Shown here one piece after another: positions 50,340-63,908 of a stretch of 64,000 bases of DNA; position 1 is the first letter of the stretch, and the number at the start of each line of letters is the position of its first letter. The notes beneath the pieces were generated by a model, which was given only the letters and a program-made list of their open reading frames with translations, was not told the DNA's origin and ran no database searches. Location of the stretch: contig NW_026889821.1 in NCBI RefSeq assembly GCF_033153115.1, positions 2,170,001-2,234,000 of the forward strand, given 5' to 3'. Source of the DNA: Saccostrea echinata (Eukaryota). Both the position numbers and the translations under genes were made by a program.

Positions 50340-51335
50340 AAAAACAATACAAATCTGTGAACAGGACATAAAACTCGGATCTCCAGAAATTCAAGATGTG
50401 GGCTCAGGTGTCTAAGAAGAACTAAGCATCCCCTGTGGACCGGACAAACCACCCGTGTACCGTATGTATTGATCAGGTTGACGGAATGTTATAAAAAATG
50501 TCTGTGAAAATACGACCAATGGTACATGGAACAAGGTCATTATAATTTATGAAATGCTGACTTATTGAAATCCCTGTAATATTAAGCTGTCAGTACCCTG
50601 CCTCGATTTAAGATTTACTTTGATCGAACTAAGAGCATGCTCTTGAGTATCTCATAACTGTAAGTTGGGAGACATAAACACAATATGCAAGTGTTAGCAG
50701 ATTATTAACACAAGCATAAGTAAATTGGTCGATGGAATAGCTGAAAATTAAACATCTCGTTTGTCATACATGTACCATTTTGTTTTTATTTGTCCCTTAT
50801 CATCATTTGGAGGTCAAACATCCAATTAAGAAACGGATGTGAGAGACTTTCAGGTGTCCTTTTGATATATGAACGGAAGTAACTTGTTAATTGAAAAAAC
50901 GTCGTCGATATATCAGAATGTCGATTTGAAGGCTACAAAAATGTATTCTCCCTGTCATGTGAAAATATTTTAATAAATTCTGCTTCATTGGCATTTTTAG
51001 AACAAGTCGGCTTCTAAAGTAGCACAGTAAATGTCAATCGCAATTCCAACAGTTTGCTGGAAGACTTGGTCTCCAAAGACTACATAGATCTTGTCAATGA
51101 GGAACTCCAGCATCTTCTGAATATCATATTTAGAGTACTTACCTGTGTAGAATGAACGCACAATAATTTTTTACAAAGTAATTTTGTTGATGATCCATCA
51201 CAAGATACGAAAAACCCGAGTACCATTTTTATCGAAGAAACAAGTCTATGATATCAGAATTTAAGCCTAGTTTTCAATTTATCGTGGGGAATGATTGTAT
51301 GAAGTGTAGGAAAGTTATATGTTTTGATGTTGCTG
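50340..51335 (-). mobile_element. Decayed Penelope-like retroelement (RT fragment plus 3' tail)
   Basis: The minus strand near 51110-51020 reads MLEFLIDKIYVVFGDQVFQQTVGIAIDIYCA (cf. QxxGIPMGTNCAP). Collinear with the 62608-63211 copy, with many frame breaks. Confidence 0.75.
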
Positions 51336-51747
51336 ACTTTTGAAAAAAAAAAATGTTAATTTGAGTTTTTAAAACTTGTTTTAATTTGATTTGTATATCT
51401 TCTGAAATGTGCTGTAGCACAGTATGTCTAACGTTTCTCTTTTACAGCAGTTAATATTTTTAGGAGGAAATGACAACAATGGAATATATAACGTACAATA
51501 ATACCGTCTGAACGTTCTTTTGAAATAGTTTAGTAGCTTAAATGAGCTTCGTTCGTGCTTGGATAACTTTTACCAACAGTTTAATAATAAGGTAACTTTT
51601 TCTAACTTTTGTACATGTTCAAAATCTCTTTACTTTCTTCGTCCTTATTTTTGTCACAATCTCCAAAAAACAATCCCGAGCTCAGTTGCCATAGAACATA
51701 CATTAGTTTATCAAATTTAATTTAGGGAACAACAAATTAAATAAAAT

Positions 51748-54700
51748 TTATCTCAATATGCCATTGACTGTCAATCGTATATGTGCGATGATGAGAAGAA
51801 AAATAACACATCCTAGGATTATTATAAAAATTATTAAAATTTTTCTAACGATTTTGCTTTCTAATGATACCGTTTTAGTTGTTTTTACAGTTAATTCATG
51901 TGTATATGTTACTGTATTGTCTGTTAGACTCAAGGCTTGTATTAAAATACTGGGTCTAGATGACATATTGAAATTTGATTTGCTATCATTTTCATTTGCT
52001 GTTGCATTAATATTCTTGTCTGTAAGATTATCTGGAAGAGGAAAATGTAAAACAAAAATACTTCAGTTGATAGTAAAATACAATAATTTTAAAACATCCA
52101 ATTAAGATCGGTGCTTTTATAAAACTTAATTCAACAAATAGTATTGAAGAATGGTTTAAAATTACTAGTACTTGTCTATCTTTTTAAACTAAAAATATTC
52201 ATTTACCTAAGTTATGAGTAGTTGTTCTTGTACAACCATACTGAAAGTTGCAATACTTCCTCAAACACCAGCATCGATTTTGACATTCTTTTCCGTATGA
52301 TGGGTATGGACAGGAATCATTGCATTTCAAGCCATAAAACCCGATACTGCAAGCTGGGAATATAGAAAAGTTTTACACAGCTAGTTGTGCCACGTACGTG
52401 TAACATATGGTAGCACATACCATATGTTACACGTATATGAAACATAGGTAACACATACGTGTATTCCAACCGCACGTTACACGTACGTGGTACAACGTAT
52501 GGATGACATGCGTGTGACAACATACGTTTCACATAACGTACGTGAAACGTGCAGTTGGAATACACGTATGTGTTACGTACGTTTCACGTACGTGTAACAT
52601 ATGGTATGTGCTACCACACGTTACACGTACGTTTATAAACGCATGGTTTACATGTGTATTGTCAACCACAAGTTAAACGTACGTTAATGAACGTGTGGTT
52701 TACATATGTATTGTCAACCATACGTTACACATACGTTAATAAACACATGGTTTATATGTGTATTATAAAGCATACATTAAACATATTTCACACACATGGT
52801 TTACATTTATTATCAACCACACGTTACATATACGTTAATATATGCATGGTTTACATGTATTATAAACCACACATTACATGTACGTTAATGACAAGTATGA
52901 GTATTATCAGGTACCTTACATGTATGTTAATAAAAATTGTTTTACATGTGTGTGAAAAGTGTTTGAGGAGGCTGTATATTTTCTATATTAATGGTACTTT
53001 TACATACATGTACAATAAATGTAGGTCAACTATAATTAAATTCAATCCTTTTTATTTTTTTTTTTTTATTTCAATTTCGTTTAATTAATTAGTAAAACTA
53101 TTATCTAATTTTAGTCAATAAGTGAAAAAAATCCCTAAAAGTTTTATTGTAGCTGAGACTATAATATTTTTAAATTGGTGACATTTTCAAATACAGGAAC
53201 TTTTTGTACAAAAGTACTCAGACCAAATACTTTTTTTTTTACTTAAAAGTTCAAAGTGAATTTGGAGAACTAATCAAGATAATGTTTAACAATCAATAAC
53301 CTGTAAATGTGTAATTCATGAAACAGAGTATTGCGACCAACTTGGTCTAAGTATAAAATCCCTCTTAAAGACGGGACTCTAGATCATGAGTTGCATGGAT
53401 TTTAATCATTATACTGTAATATGTTTTAAAGATTCAACTATTTTTTTTTCAAAAAAATAATATCATATCATGATCAATGATTAAAACCCAATCACCTCTG
53501 AAAGCTAACAGGTGTATGCGTTGTTGACTTGTTGTGCGTGTTTTGCGTCTTTAATGTTCCAATTTATTTCACATTGTTTACCTTACGTCCACTTGCATGT
53601 CTGACATGGAGTAATCAGTTCGCATTGGTGTATAGTTTACTCTTAGAGCGGTAAAACATAGTCTACATATTCTTGACAAGCAATCAAAAACAATACCAAT
53701 CATTTAAAAAAAACACACACATTATCAAATGTTCTTTGCATATTTACAACTACAAGTACACCAATCTCGTAATGTGTATATCGGATATCGGTAGAGGAAC
53801 ATAAAATTCAACTTGATCATCGGTAAATATAATCATTCCGAATTCAGGAGCAAAAGGTGAATTTAAAAAAAGAAAAGAAAATCACGATAACTTCACTACA
53901 AAACACATATGGAATTCATCTAAATAGATATTAGATAATTATACAGTAGGTAGCGTCCGTATAACACTAAAATATGTAAAATATACGTTCCGGAATTTTC
54001 ACCTCCAATTATTATTTACGTTACGGGTGACGTCACTGGTAAGAAGTCTGACGTCTGCAAGACAGTGTCTTGAGTTAGGCTAGGATAACGGTGAGGAATA
54101 TATAACATCAACAGTTATTTAATCATGTTAATTACTTTATATTTCAGACTGTGTTGCATGTAAACTAACGGGCGTGTTTCTTTTATTTTAGTGCATAACG
54201 TAATGTAAACTAAGTAAGAAAATATTGACGCAGTCAGCTGTCTTGGTCAGCACCCCAGCCCAGGTGTGAATCAACACTGGCACATTATATCAAAATTCAG
54301 GTGAGGTTTAAAACATACTGTTATAAAAAATATTTATTGTAACTGATTTTTTTTAGCCTACCAATAAGATGCAAATAAAACCCTTAATGGAAAAAGTTCC
54401 AGCCACCCAATGTATTTCTTTCCAAAACATGTAGAGGAAATATAAATTATCTTTTAGGGCAATTAGGGTGTAACACTTATTTTTCAGATGTCTTTTTCAT
54501 ACAGTCCTTATGAATATAATTAATGTATTTTAATGAGATTGTGATTTTTTTATGTGATTTTAAATGTACACTCCAGGATGGTGGCTGAAGCTCTGACATC
54601 TCCTAGATGTAAACACCTAAATGCCAAGTCTGGACTTCAAAAACAGATTCTGAAAGTTTAACCAGAATTAAGGTAATACTCTTTAATAAGAAATCAGATT

Positions 54701-55289
54701 TTCTGATCCCATTGCTTTTAGACTTGCAATTACATATATATCATGTAATGATGTGCATTACATTTCAATCACAAGAGGAGAAAATGTTAAATGTTATCAG
54801 TAAAATAAGTAATTTTTCATTTTGTTCGTTTTGCTTTACAAGTCTGAAATGCATTTTTTTTTACCTCAAGGACAAAATGTATACTCTTCGAACAGACACA
54901 AAAACATATAGGTCCATGCCAAGCTATGAAAGATTTATGCTGAGGGTAAGTTCTATTATCTAGATCTATTATATAGAATTTAATTGTCAGACATATGGTT
55001 ATGTCTAAAATTTTACTGTTGTATTTATATTTGTGATAAGCAATATTTGCACCTGAGCTGACTTACATGTAATCACAATTTTTTTTTTAACTAATTAGGT
55101 AACCTGAGTCAGTCATGACCTATTGCTATCTGTTTTTAGCTCACCTGAGCTGAAAGTTCAGGTGAGCTTTTCTGATCACATTTTGTCTGTAGTTTGTCTG
55201 TCTAGCTGTCCGTCTGTCTGTAAACTTTTCACATTTTCGACTTCTTCTCCAGAACCACTGGCCTTATTTCAACCAAACTTGCCACAAAC

Positions 55290-55320
<31 letters not shown>

Positions 55321-58300
55321 TAAATAAGGGGCCACACCCTCATTAAAGGGGAGATAATTAAGACAGAGTGAAAATTTAGTGGGATGTTTTAAAAATCTTC
55401 TTCTCAAGAACCACTGGGCCAAAAAAAGTTGAAATTTATAGGAAACCTTGTATGTCAAAGTGTAAATTCAAATTTGTTTAAATCATGAGCACCGGGGGTA
55501 GGTTGGGGCCACGATGGGGGATCAAAATTTTACATAGGAATATATAAGAAAAAATCTTTAAAAATCTTCTTCTCAAGAACAACAAAGACTTGTTTCGTCA
55601 TATTGATAAGGAAGCAGGTAGTGTAGATTCAAGTTTGTTTAAATCATGACCCCCAGGGGTAGGGAGGGGCCACAATGGGGGATCAATATCTTACAAAGGA
55701 AAAAACTTTAAAATTCTTCTTCTCAAGAATAGCAAAGCCATGAATAGTCATTTTGAAATGGAAGCATCCTCAGGTTGTGTAGATTCAAGTTTGTTGAAAT
55801 CATGATCCCCTTGGGATCCCCTTGGGATAGGGTTGGACAATAATGGGGGATCAAAGTTTTACATAGGAATATATAGGAAAAAATCATCTTCTCAAGAACA
55901 GAAAAGCCCCGATTAGTCATGTTTATATGAAAGCATCATCAGGTAGTGAAGATTCAATTTTGTTCAAATCATGAACCCCTGGGGTAGGGAGGGGCCACAA
56001 CTGGGGATCGAGTTTTTATCGCATAAATTAATAAAGCATCTGTAGTTGAATCAAAACAAAAATAGTGAATTTTATGGTCCCTGCTCCCCCTGGGGCCTAA
56101 GGGATGGAGCTAAAACCATCAAAATTAATGCAATTTCTTTAAACCTGGACATCAAGCAAACTGTTAGCATGATTGTAATGAGCATTGAGTCTTCTATTAA
56201 AATTATGAAATTCATGGCCCCAGGGAAATTTAAGTGATTCAGGTGTTAGGGTGGGGCTTCATTGATCAAATAGTATTATTATGTATCGATTCATTGAAAA
56301 TCTATATAATGCTCCTCCTGAGTTTAAAGCAAACAAACTAAGTTCATAACTATGATGAACAAGTTTTATTTTCTGAGTTCACTCGCAATACTTCAATTTT
56401 AAATTTGTCAAGTAGAGATCGAATTATAAGGTAGATACTTGAGGATTGTGAAAAGTCTAGTTTAAATGACCAAGGTTATTAATACTAAAAAAAAAAATAG
56501 TTATTTGACTCTATATTTTAGTTCTATAGGGAATCAACCAGGAGTTATATGTGAAAAATAATATTGATCAAAAAATTGTTTTTCCTTATGAAAGTTCATT
56601 TAATATTTTCTTTTTCTTTACAGATTAAAGAGAATTGCAGAAGAATAGATTGATGTTAAAAAAATTCAACATTAAATTTGGCTTAGATTTGAATATGTCT
56701 TTTGTTGTGATTGAGTTTGAGAGCAATAAGGATCAGGAAATTAGAGGTGAAGGATATCCAGATATGTACCTTCAAAATGTGGATCATTCAACAGATGAAA
56801 AGAAAATGAGCCTTTGAAGAAAATTATGTCAAATGCATGAATTGAATCATTTTTGTTTCACCTTTGTTTACAGTACTGTGACAGAAAATGTTCAATGTAT
56901 GGTACATGCACATTTATCATATGAGCAGTTCATTTAACAAACGCGATAAAAGCATGTTTCTCAAAACATGCGTTACACACACATTGCACACATACGTTAT
57001 TCACACGTGAACCGTATGAATAACGTACGTGTGCAACGTGTGTGTAACGTATGGTAGTCAATACGTATGTTTAATGTACGTGTCACGCATGATATTCATA
57101 CGTGTGAAAACGTACGTTTAACGTACGTTTAACGTACGTTGTGCTTTTTTCATGTGATACGTACGTGAAGTCACATACGTTTAACGTACGTGATACGTAC
57201 TTGGCACATTTTGCTGTGTAGTTTATTTAAAGATTTAAGAATTCTTTTTTTTTTCATTTGAAGAATTGTAAAAGGTTTCAGTGGAACGTCATACGTAAAA
57301 CATCATTGCTCACATGCATGATCATAACATTTAAATGTAGAAATGTTTTCTGATCAAATCATTAAATGAACTCGTGCAATTTTCATGGTATGAATATAGT
57401 AATAGATATTCACTGATATTTCTCTTCGGAACCATTGATTTATTGAACTAGATGTATTGACTTTGCTGTAATATAAACTCATCTACTGGTAAATCCGCCA
57501 TGTTACTAGTAATGGTCTCACAGTGTCAGTTAATACTTAAACTGACAGGAAAAGTTTTAATGAAGGGTATGGCTATACTCCTATACTTGCATTTTGGTCA
57601 GACTTCCTGTATCTGAATACGTTTTGACTGTGAATAGTACAGTACAGCTCACGAGTATCTTCCGGAAAACACCGGCCACGGTGGACCCTTGGTCCACGCT
57701 TTTGCGTGGACTTTGAAAAATGTCGGTGTCTTTGATGTTTCGTTTTCAGCGCTGAGCTGGCACACGGTGCGACACGGTGTGTACACGGTGGGACACGGTG
57801 CGTTTCCTCCGTGGAACTCCTTGCTGGTTAATCAACGTTAAGTGGTTTGAAATTACTTTAAAATAATTCATTAAAGATTTTAGAATAAAAATCATTGAAA
57901 TGCATATCATCCGCAGCGTACATTTTTCTACTTTCGATATTGTACTGACGTGTCAATGAATTTAACAAAGACGGAATTTTACCAAGCAGTCAGCAATTTT
58001 GTGTTATTTGGAAGATATCTTCTTAAAGATTATTTTGTTTGTAAAACAAAAGCTAAATCTAAATTTAAAAAAAAATAAGAAAGGAATATTTTGCATTTGT
58101 ACTATGCTCAGGAAATCCATGTGGAATTGTCAATTGATTATCTTATCCGACGTACTTTTTTTTAATTATTAATAAAATTATTACTGTAGAAACTGGTGTA
58201 TATGTAAATAATTACTACATCAAAATACGACACAGAAAATATATTGTTTAATTTAATTTGAATCGGATGAAAAAAAATAGCTATGAAAAGATTGACTTAA

Positions 58301-59701
58301 ATTTCCGTCCCGTAATGGAACCCATATTGAGATGAGACCCGATGTAGTCTCTGTGTAATGAGTAAATCTCTGCCCAGCCCATCAGAAAATATGAAATGTT
58401 GATATTCAGGTATTGAAGATGCCCCACTTTTTCATCTGTGTCTGTTTGTAATTGTTCAGAATTATGTTTAAAATATAAACCTTAATATTTACCTTGCATT
58501 TTGTGTACAGATCGAAGCATTATGGGCACAACATTTTTCACAAAACTTGTCGCCAAGAATAATCACAATATGTAAACGATAAGATGTAAAACGTTATAAT
58601 TATGCCCAACAATATTGTCAATGACGTCGATAATGGAAAAAATTTCTAATGATACTATTCAAAAAATGATATTTCTGCAACATGTTCTATGTTAAACAAT
58701 GCTGTAAAAAGCCAAACAGTTTTCTTCCGTAACGTGTATGAAAAAAAAGTCTATAATTGTTAATAGGTTCACTGCCTAACTAGGCATATGCATAGGAGAT
58801 ATGAAAAACTAGATTGAAGATTTTATATTTTACTAGTACCTAGCGGAGATTTTTCAAACCATTAAATAAAAGCAAGCATACTGTATATGTGCTCTCCCTA
58901 CATGTAATAACAGCTCCCCTTTCCATAATGAGTTTTATGGATAATTTCTACACGGACATGTTAAAAAAAGAACAATATTTACATATGCCTATTTATTGTA
59001 TTACCTGTCCTTTTTAAGGATTTATTCTAATCCTTTTCAAAAATAGCATTTTAATGATAAATAAAATCAACGAAAGAGAGACAATTTTACGACATGGCGA
59101 GTTATGATTTCTTTTTTCTTCATTTCACCAGTAAGTTATGTTACAGTATATAACGACTTTATATAATCTAGATACAGTTGAATAATATTCGAATAATATT
59201 CGTTTGTAACTGTAACTTGTTTTTTAAAAATATGTTGCTGTACTAAAAATTCTATAAACAATAAAAATAAATACTAGTAGTTGTTTATTTTTCAAGTTCC
59301 AATTAACTTCCCGACACGTGTTAGTTTCGAAGCCAGTTGAGGTGTATAGTATACACTCGTCTAGAGTTTCAACATGTGAATAATGTCCCAAGGGCCACAG
59401 CTACTGAATGTCCCAATATATTTTTCTTCTGAACAGGTGTGAAATATATTAGCCAAGGAGCGACTCCATAAATACACGAGAAGTTTCTGCAATTCATCGA
59501 TATCCGGTATTTGATTGACAGGTAGAGCACGTGGATTCCTTGTGTGATGCGTTGAACTTGTATCTAAATTGCACCGATTCTATTTCGTTTCGATTAATAA
59601 AAACTGGAGGTGAACTATGATTTCTTAAACAAAAATAAGAGAGATACATTATATGTATATGAGAGAAAGAAAAAAAAGAACAGAAGTATGAACCTGAAAG
59701 T

Positions 59702-59750
<49 letters not shown>

Positions 59751-61032
59751 TCTTAACATTGTAAAATATGGAATTCAAAATAATTTTTAATTATTACGAA
59801 AAAAGTGAATAGTATATAATTTGTAAAAGAACTTTTAGAATGCTGCATTGGCAGTTCAAGCGATTTTTTTACTTTTCGTACTGATCGTAGAAGATTTAAG
59901 TAGTAAAAAAAAAAAATACCCAGATAGAAATACTGAAACTTTACATATTCGACAGAAATAAATGTTCAAACATTGAATTTTTTTACATTTATGTCTCTTA
60001 ATGTCAAGTTTAATCAATGGATGCATACAACTGCTTGAATTTCATGTGAATTTGCCGATTGTACGACTACCAAACTGCGTATAAGATTTTTTAGTGAATG
60101 CTACGTGTTTTGCTTTTTTTTTTTCTTGCATGTACATGTACTTTTTCTTCCTCAGATGTAGCAACTTAGTATCTTCATTGATAAGTGGTCTACACTTTTT
60201 ATTTTATTTCTGCAAAATAAGACTTTATTCATATACCATATGAATATCATAATATACTGACTCGACATTTTTTTTCACTATTATTATTTACGATGTAGTG
60301 ATCAGATGATGCTAAATTAATTATCTGATATCATAGGTATTATTTGTAAATGCCTTTACTCTCAATACCTTTAATACCATATTATTTCACAGGGAAAATA
60401 ACAACTAAAATTATCGATCCGTATCTATGTTTCACACTGAATAATTATTAAGTTCAAAGACAATGTACCTGTACTTGGATTTGTACCTGCGCACTTATAG
60501 CATACGTCAGAAATATATTAATTTGCACAATCGACATGTAGTTATTTTTGTTTTCAATTGAATATGAAATATGAATTCAACAGAAATCAAAATAAATTTA
60601 TTCAATTGATATAATTATACATGTATACCGTCAACGGTGAACCAAAGTCTACACATGTATGATAGTGAGCAGTTTGAATTAAATAATTTTTCATTTACTA
60701 TTTCTTTCTAGCAATTAAACCAACATACCTATAATTTCAATTCTAAAATTATTTTTATAAACAAACCATTTCCTTCCGTAATTTTCTTGCACGGTGGAAC
60801 ACGGAGGGTCACCCGATGAAACGGTAATGTCCACGGTGTGACACGGTGCGTCTTTGGTGTAATCGCAATATACGCACACGGTGGAACTCCGTGTACACGG
60901 TGTAACACGGGGTATTTTCCACCGTGTGTTTTCCACGGTGGGGTGGAAGAAACTCGTGAGCTGTACTGTATATGTGTACGTATCCAAAAATAAATAAATT
61001 GATAAAATGAAATAAAATAAAATAAAAATATT

Positions 61033-61085
<53 letters not shown>

Positions 61086-63908
61086 CCTAGGGTAACTATG
61101 AACATTAAGGTCGTTTAATGCAATCGCAAATTAAACGCATTTAATTGATTTCCGAAAAACGCAGGGGGTAGGTCCTTTGACACTTTCCCCCGATTGCCGC
61201 GAGTATAAAAGAGGGGCGCACGTGGCGAATTCCTCCTCTTACTCAATAGCTACTCCAGCGTTCTGCACTTGTGATAATTGTTTCCCACCTACCACTCCCA
61301 CTTAAGAGAAATAAATCTTAGTTGTTGATAGATTGTAAGTTTAACATGTTTAGAATTGGGCCTGCTGCTGTTTCTGCTGTTTATTTTATTTTTCAGGTTA
61401 CGTTTATCTATGAACCTCTTTTATGTTTATGTGCACAAGATTGTGATCTACTTGCAATGGGACTGAAGACTGAAGATATGTTGCTGTCGCGGCTTTACGG
61501 ATGTGTCAGACAAGCAGAGACATTAGTCATCATTATATTATTGTTTATGTTTTATTATCTATTTTACATGCTTGGTAGAGCATGTGGTGGCTCGCTAAGG
61601 CTACCCTAGGATCCAATAGAAGCTTGCTATGGAGTGCACTGGGAGCTTGTGTGAGGGATCTGTTTGGTATAACAGTAACCTCGTACCCCGTTCGGTATAA
61701 CGGGTGGATTTATTTTGCCCTACTCAGTATAGTGGGCTTACCTGTTCGGTATAACAGGTAGTAGCCTCGCTAAGGAATCCCCTAGGAGGCAATTACATTG
61801 ATATCCCAGCTGACTCGCTAAGGGGTACCCTAGGAGTCGATTAATACATATTGTTACGCCTTGCTATGGATTACCCTAGAAGGCGAGGTGCCATAACGCC
61901 CGTTACCAATTTAGGTGTGTGGTACCCAATGATGGTTAAATGCTTGTCTGACATTTGTCATTGAAACAATTATTAAAGCTGTAGCCTTTTATCATCCAAA
62001 AACATGTTTTGTTATTTTTTCGGAAAAATATTCTATTAATCGGATTTACCCTCGAAATTGCTTTCTAATGGCTCCATTTTGTCCGTTTTCACGGTATATA
62101 CATTTGTATATGTTATTTCATTGGCTGTGAAACGAGGAGTTTGTCTGGAAATATTGGGTAGATGTACAAATATATTGATATTTGACTTGTCATGTAATGA
62201 TCTTGTATTACTTTTCCTGTTTGTCAGATAATCTGAAAAAAGAAAATAATTAAAATAATTTTGTATCTAAGTTGAATAAAATTATCAAAGCGTCAAATTA
62301 AAATCAAATTGAGATCAGTGCATGCTTTAAAAAAAAAAAAAAATTATAAAAAAAAAAATGAAGGGTTATTCAAATTTTAACACTGAATGTCTATCCTTTA
62401 CACTTCAACGTATTTATTTACCTAAGTTATGAATAGTTGTTCCTATACAACCATACTGAAAGTTACAATACTTCCTCAAACACCAACATCGATTTTGACA
62501 CTGTTTTCCGTATGATGGGTATGGACAGGAATCATTGCATTTCAAGCCATAAAACCCGATACTGCAAACTGGGAATATAGAAAAGTTTTAGTTTACTTAA
62601 AGATTTATGTGAAATATATGGAGATAACGAACAGTATTCAACAAAAGTCCACCAAACAATTCAAAATAGGAGCAGAGCAAACATGGACCTCCAAAACATC
62701 AGAGGGATCAGGTGCCATGGAGGAGTGAGCATCCCCTGCCGACCGGTCACACCCGCGGTGTGCTCCTTGTCATGATCGGGAAACAATGGAAAAAATCCGT
62801 CGACAATCCAGTGTGTAAATAATGGCCTCACAATTAGTATGAAAAACGTCAGTCAGCATTTGACTCAATGATAAATTGTATTTGCTGACAAGGTCATTGT
62901 ATCGACCATAGAATTTACGAAATGATGACTTTAAACGAGACTGCTGATATTCTTGTTTCATCAACTTGTTTGTCAATAATTTACCTCGTTTTAGAAATTG
63001 TACATACTTAAAGCATGCTCTTGCGCATCGAATCAACTGAGAGATATAAACCCCGTATGCAGGCGACGAAGGTATATTGCTCCATAAGTAAGGGATGTTG
63101 ACGATTGAAAAGTTAAATTCATAACGTTTATCATAAAGCTTGGTTGTTAGATTACCATTACTGTCTTTTTCAAGTAAAATATCCAAATATGAAACAGATG
63201 TGTCAGACTCTGAATTCTTTTTTTCTTTTGAATAATTGTGAAAGGTTTCAGTGGAACATCATAAAACATCATTGTTCACATGCATGGTCATAAGATTTAA
63301 GTGTAGAAATGTTTTCTGATCAAATCATTAAATGTACTCGTGCAATTTTAATATAATATAATAATAGGAATCTATTGGAATTTCTCTTCGGAACCATTGA
63401 TTAATTGAACGGGATGTATTGATTTCTTGTCATGTAAACACATCTACTGTTAAATTCGCGATGTTACTAGTAATGGTCTCACAGTGTCAGTTGATACTTT
63501 AATTGGAAGGAAAAGTTTTAAGAAGGGTATTGCTATACTCCTCTACTTGCATTTCGATTAGATTTCCTGTATCTCAATACAGGACTGCCAATAGTATATG
63601 TGTACGTATATATATATATATATATATAAAATAAATAAACAAAGAAAAAAAAAGAAAGAAAATTAAGGTATTTAAAAAAAATGTAACACATCCTAGGATA
63701 ATCATGAACATTAATAGGATTTTACCTTCAAATTTGCCTATCAATGGTTCCATTTTGGTTGTTTTCACGGTAAATGCATTTGTATATGATTTTTCATTGG
63801 CTGTTAAACGATGAGTATGTCTGAAAATATTGGGTAGATGTACATTTCTGTTGACATTTGACTTGTTATGTCCTGATCTTGTATTACTTTTCCTGTCTAT
63901 CAGATAAT
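51748..63908 (-). CDS. Gene E (5'-partial): MEGF-like type I membrane protein with repeated EGF + stalk units
   Basis: Exons 63908-63726 (stalk, 183 nt), 62568-62422 (EGF, 147 nt), 62232-62050 (stalk, 183 nt), 52353-52207 (EGF, 147 nt), 52031-51748 (stalk + TM KILIIFIIILGCVIFLLIIAHI + stop). All junctions phase 1 and GT-AG. EGF exon: CSIGFYGLKCNDSCPYPSYGK.CQNRCWCLRKYCNFQYGC. Continues past the right edge. Confidence 0.75.
52376..57218. mobile_element. EnSpm/CACTA(CMC)-like non-autonomous element, 2-bp TA TSD, ACGT-rich subterminal repeats
   Basis: TA|CACAGCTAGTTGTGCCACGTACGT .. ACGTACTTGGCACATTTTGCTGTG|TA. The empty site AAAAGTTT-TA-GTTTACTTAAAGATTTA is in the paralogous intron at 62581-62607. 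Confidence 0.85.
55095..56360 (+). mobile_element. HINE/Helitron-N nested in a second HINE, inside the EnSpm-like element
   Basis: Two successive heads, TTAGGTAACCTGAGTC..GACCTATTGCTAT and TTTTAGCTCACCTGAGCTGAAAGTTCAGGTGAGC + (GTCT)n. ~170-bp units at 55440-56020, with the remainder of the outer family at 56050-56360. Confidence 0.75.
57640..60968. mobile_element. Non-autonomous TIR DNA transposon E3 (CAGTAC ends, TA TSD, CACGGTG subterminal arrays)
   Basis: TA|CAGTACAGCTCACGAGTATCTTCC .. GGAAGAAACTCGTGAGCTGTACTG|TA. Empty site AATAG-TA-TATGTGTACGTA at ~63590-63610. Confidence 0.9.
61109..62035 (+). mobile_element. ~930-bp insertion without TIRs, flanked by (A)TTAA; possibly DIRS/Ngaro-like remnant or solo LTR
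   Basis: Absent from the paralogous site GAACA-TTAA-TAGGAT (63706-63720). Contains TATAAAAGAGGGGCGCACG, CCCACCTACCACTCCCAC and internal repeats CTCGCTAAGG..CCCTAGGA (x4) and TTCGGTATAAC (x3). Confidence 0.6.
62608..63211 (-). mobile_element. 5'-truncated Penelope-like retroelement (RT C-terminal/thumb region, Naiad-like)
   Basis: ORF 62770-63186: LDILLEKDSNGNLTTKLYDKR..FNFSIVN.P..SNIPSSPAYGVYISQLIR.ARAC..LKSSFRKFYGRY. Absent from the paralogous intron (57221-57250 AAAGATTTA-AGAATTCTTT). Confidence 0.85.

Noticed and set aside
51758-52105. 115-aa plus-strand ORF
   Set aside because: Antisense shadow of the gene E terminal exon.
52317-53088. Tyr/Val/His-rich ORFs
   Set aside because: Translation of the ACGT/ACAT-rich subterminal repeats of the EnSpm-like element.
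57360-57430. AATTGCACGA|GT resembling the end of gene C exon 2 (..NCT)
   Set aside because: No CCxGxxW upstream and no good acceptor. Treated as coincidence in former 3'UTR, so the units of gene E are not separate complete genes.
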